Shown here piece after piece: positions 62,881 through 64,000 of a stretch of 64,000 nucleotides of DNA. The notes under the pieces were generated by a model. It saw nothing but the letters and a program-made list of their open reading frames with translations. It had not been told where the DNA came from and did no database searches. The stretch spans positions 224,001-288,000 of IMG/VR virus record IMGVR_UViG_3300049988_000124; one strand, given 5' to 3'. This DNA is from a virus (Duplodnaviria > Caudoviricetes). The position numbers and the translations under genes are program-made. Position 1 is the stretch's first letter. Each line of letters opens with the position of its first letter.

Positions 62881-64000
62881 TTAGTCGACCTGACTCTCGA
62901 TCTCATCCAAGGTCTCAAGCTCGAGATCCAAGGCTTCATCGTCAGTGTCGTTCTCCATCTCCTCGAGCATGCGCTGGATCTTCTCCTTCTTCTGGGTCGA
63001 GCGCTTGGTAACGCCACCCTTCAAGTCAGGAGCATCGGGATCCTTGATCGAGACGATGTCGGTCTTCCAGATTGCATCGGTCAGCTCTTTCGACTCAGCC
63101 AGCAACTGGAAGAGGTTGTTCGTGAGCGTGTCATCGCGCGTGCCCCTGGTCTCCACACCCAGCGTTGCTGAGGTATTGTGGAAGAGGTTCAGAATCGCAC
63201 TAGTCTCCGCCAGCTTACCGTTACTGATCGGAATGCGCTTCACGCGAGTGGGCTGCTCGGTCAGGAGGATAGTCCTGATCGTTGTCTCCACACCCAGAGG
63301 GGAATTGGCCAGAAGGTTCTGGAACCGAGTAACCTCGCGAATGTCCGAGTCCATGCTCATGACGCGCAGCTCGTCCTCACCGTAGCGATAAGGATTGACC
63401 GACACCGGATAGTCCTTGCCCGAGAAGGTAGCCTTGGTCGGCACACCGATGTGGTTAACCGATGCTGGTCCAGGTGCGAACTGTTCCGGGATCTTGTGCA
63501 ACTGGAAGATGTACTTGGAACCAATCGAGAACAAGGCCTGGGTCTTGAACTGCTTATAGGTTCCATCTGCCTGCAGCGAACTGTAGGTCACAGGCGAGGG
63601 ACGCACCCCCCACTTCTCTGCCCACAAGCGCATGTTGGTGAGCGCATTCCAGAAGTCATCGTCACTGGGCGTGAGCTTATCGAGGAAGGGAGGGACGTGG
63701 ACCTTGGGTCCAGTCTTGATTGCATCATCGACTAGGCCCTGCTTGTCCAGCTGGGTGGTGAACTTGCCGCGCACCAGGCGAGCGTAATTGGGGTTCACGT
63801 CATTGAACCAGTCCGTCAGTGTGGTGAATGCTGCATCCACCCCGACTTCTTCCCGCTTGGCCTGGACTGCACGCCGGACGAACTCACCGATCCGGTTGAA
63901 GCCCGTCTCATAGAGCTGACCTGGATTGTTACGACCAACAGGCGAGTTCATGTCGATCATCATGTCGGCACGAATACCGAACTCGTCGACGGGCATGCAC
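62881..64000 (-). CDS. Non-virion RNA polymerase beta subunit, C-terminal part (phiKZ gp71-73-like), truncated by the window end
   Basis: MPVDEFGIRADMMIDMNSPVGRNNPGQLYE, IGSKYIFQLHK and PYRYGEDELR correspond to conserved beta regions. Confidence 0.9.
   Translation of the reverse strand, partial: CMPVDEFGIRADMMIDMNSPVGRNNPGQLYETGFNRIGEFVRRAVQAKREEVGVDAAFTTLTDWFNDVNPNYARLVRGKFTTQLDKQGLVDDAIKTGPKVHVPPFLDKLTPSDDDFWNALTNMRLWAEKWGVRPSPVTYSSLQADGTYKQFKTQALFSIGSKYIFQLHKIPEQFAPGPASVNHIGVPTKATFSGKDYPVSVNPYRYGEDELRVMSMDSDIREVTRFQNLLANSPLGVETTIRTILLTEQPTRVKRIPISNGKLAETSAILNLFHNTSATLGVETRGTRDDTLTNNLFQLLAESKELTDAIWKTDIVSIKDPDAPDLKGGVTKRSTQKKEKIQRMLEEMENDTDDEALDLELETLDEIESQVD

Noticed and set aside
1-64000. 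CRISPR array or long non-coding tandem repeat array
   Set aside because: No regularly spaced direct repeats with unique spacers were seen. The recurring elements are isolated terminators and promoters.
1-64000. Stop-codon reassignment
   Set aside because: Recognisable genes are full length under the standard code, both tRNAs are ordinary Ser decoders, and TAA, TAG and TGA all end genes at expected positions.

Overview
This 64 kb window looks like part of a phiKZ-like (Chimalliviridae-type, probably nucleus-forming) jumbo phage genome. The right end has a split non-virion RNA polymerase (C-terminal beta and beta-prime parts) followed by an SF2 helicase, matching phiKZ gp71-73/gp74/gp75 order. 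The window also has a SNF2-like helicase with an intein, a plus-strand block of probable virion proteins, and repeated minus-strand TATATTAC motifs matching the phiKZ early promoter. The ACP, hybrid kinase, glutathionylspermidine-synthase module and spanin-like lipoprotein resemble alphaproteobacterial proteins, so an alphaproteobacterial host is inferred but not proven. Most of the window is accessory genes. These include a KcsA-like K+ channel in a DUF350/DUF1190/GSP-synthase unit, tandem AAA ATPases, a HrpA-like DEAH helicase, CYTH, MazG-like, NADAR-like, SLOG, MYG1 and NYN proteins, an acyl carrier protein, an HslV-like protein, a GH19 endolysin and two tRNA-Ser genes. The most unusual items are: (1) an intact hybrid histidine kinase whose membrane sensor aligns with the ETR1-type ethylene-binding domain but has altered ligand residues; (2) an RlmN/Cfr-like radical SAM enzyme lacking the resolving cysteine; (3) three signal-peptide-bearing Thr/Gly-rich repeat proteins upstream of the endolysin; (4) a bipartite early promoter, TCAW-N13/14-TATATTAC; and (5) hairpin terminators with a displaced TTTTTTGT tract. 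All family assignments come from motif recognition by eye against remembered consensus sequences. No database search was run.
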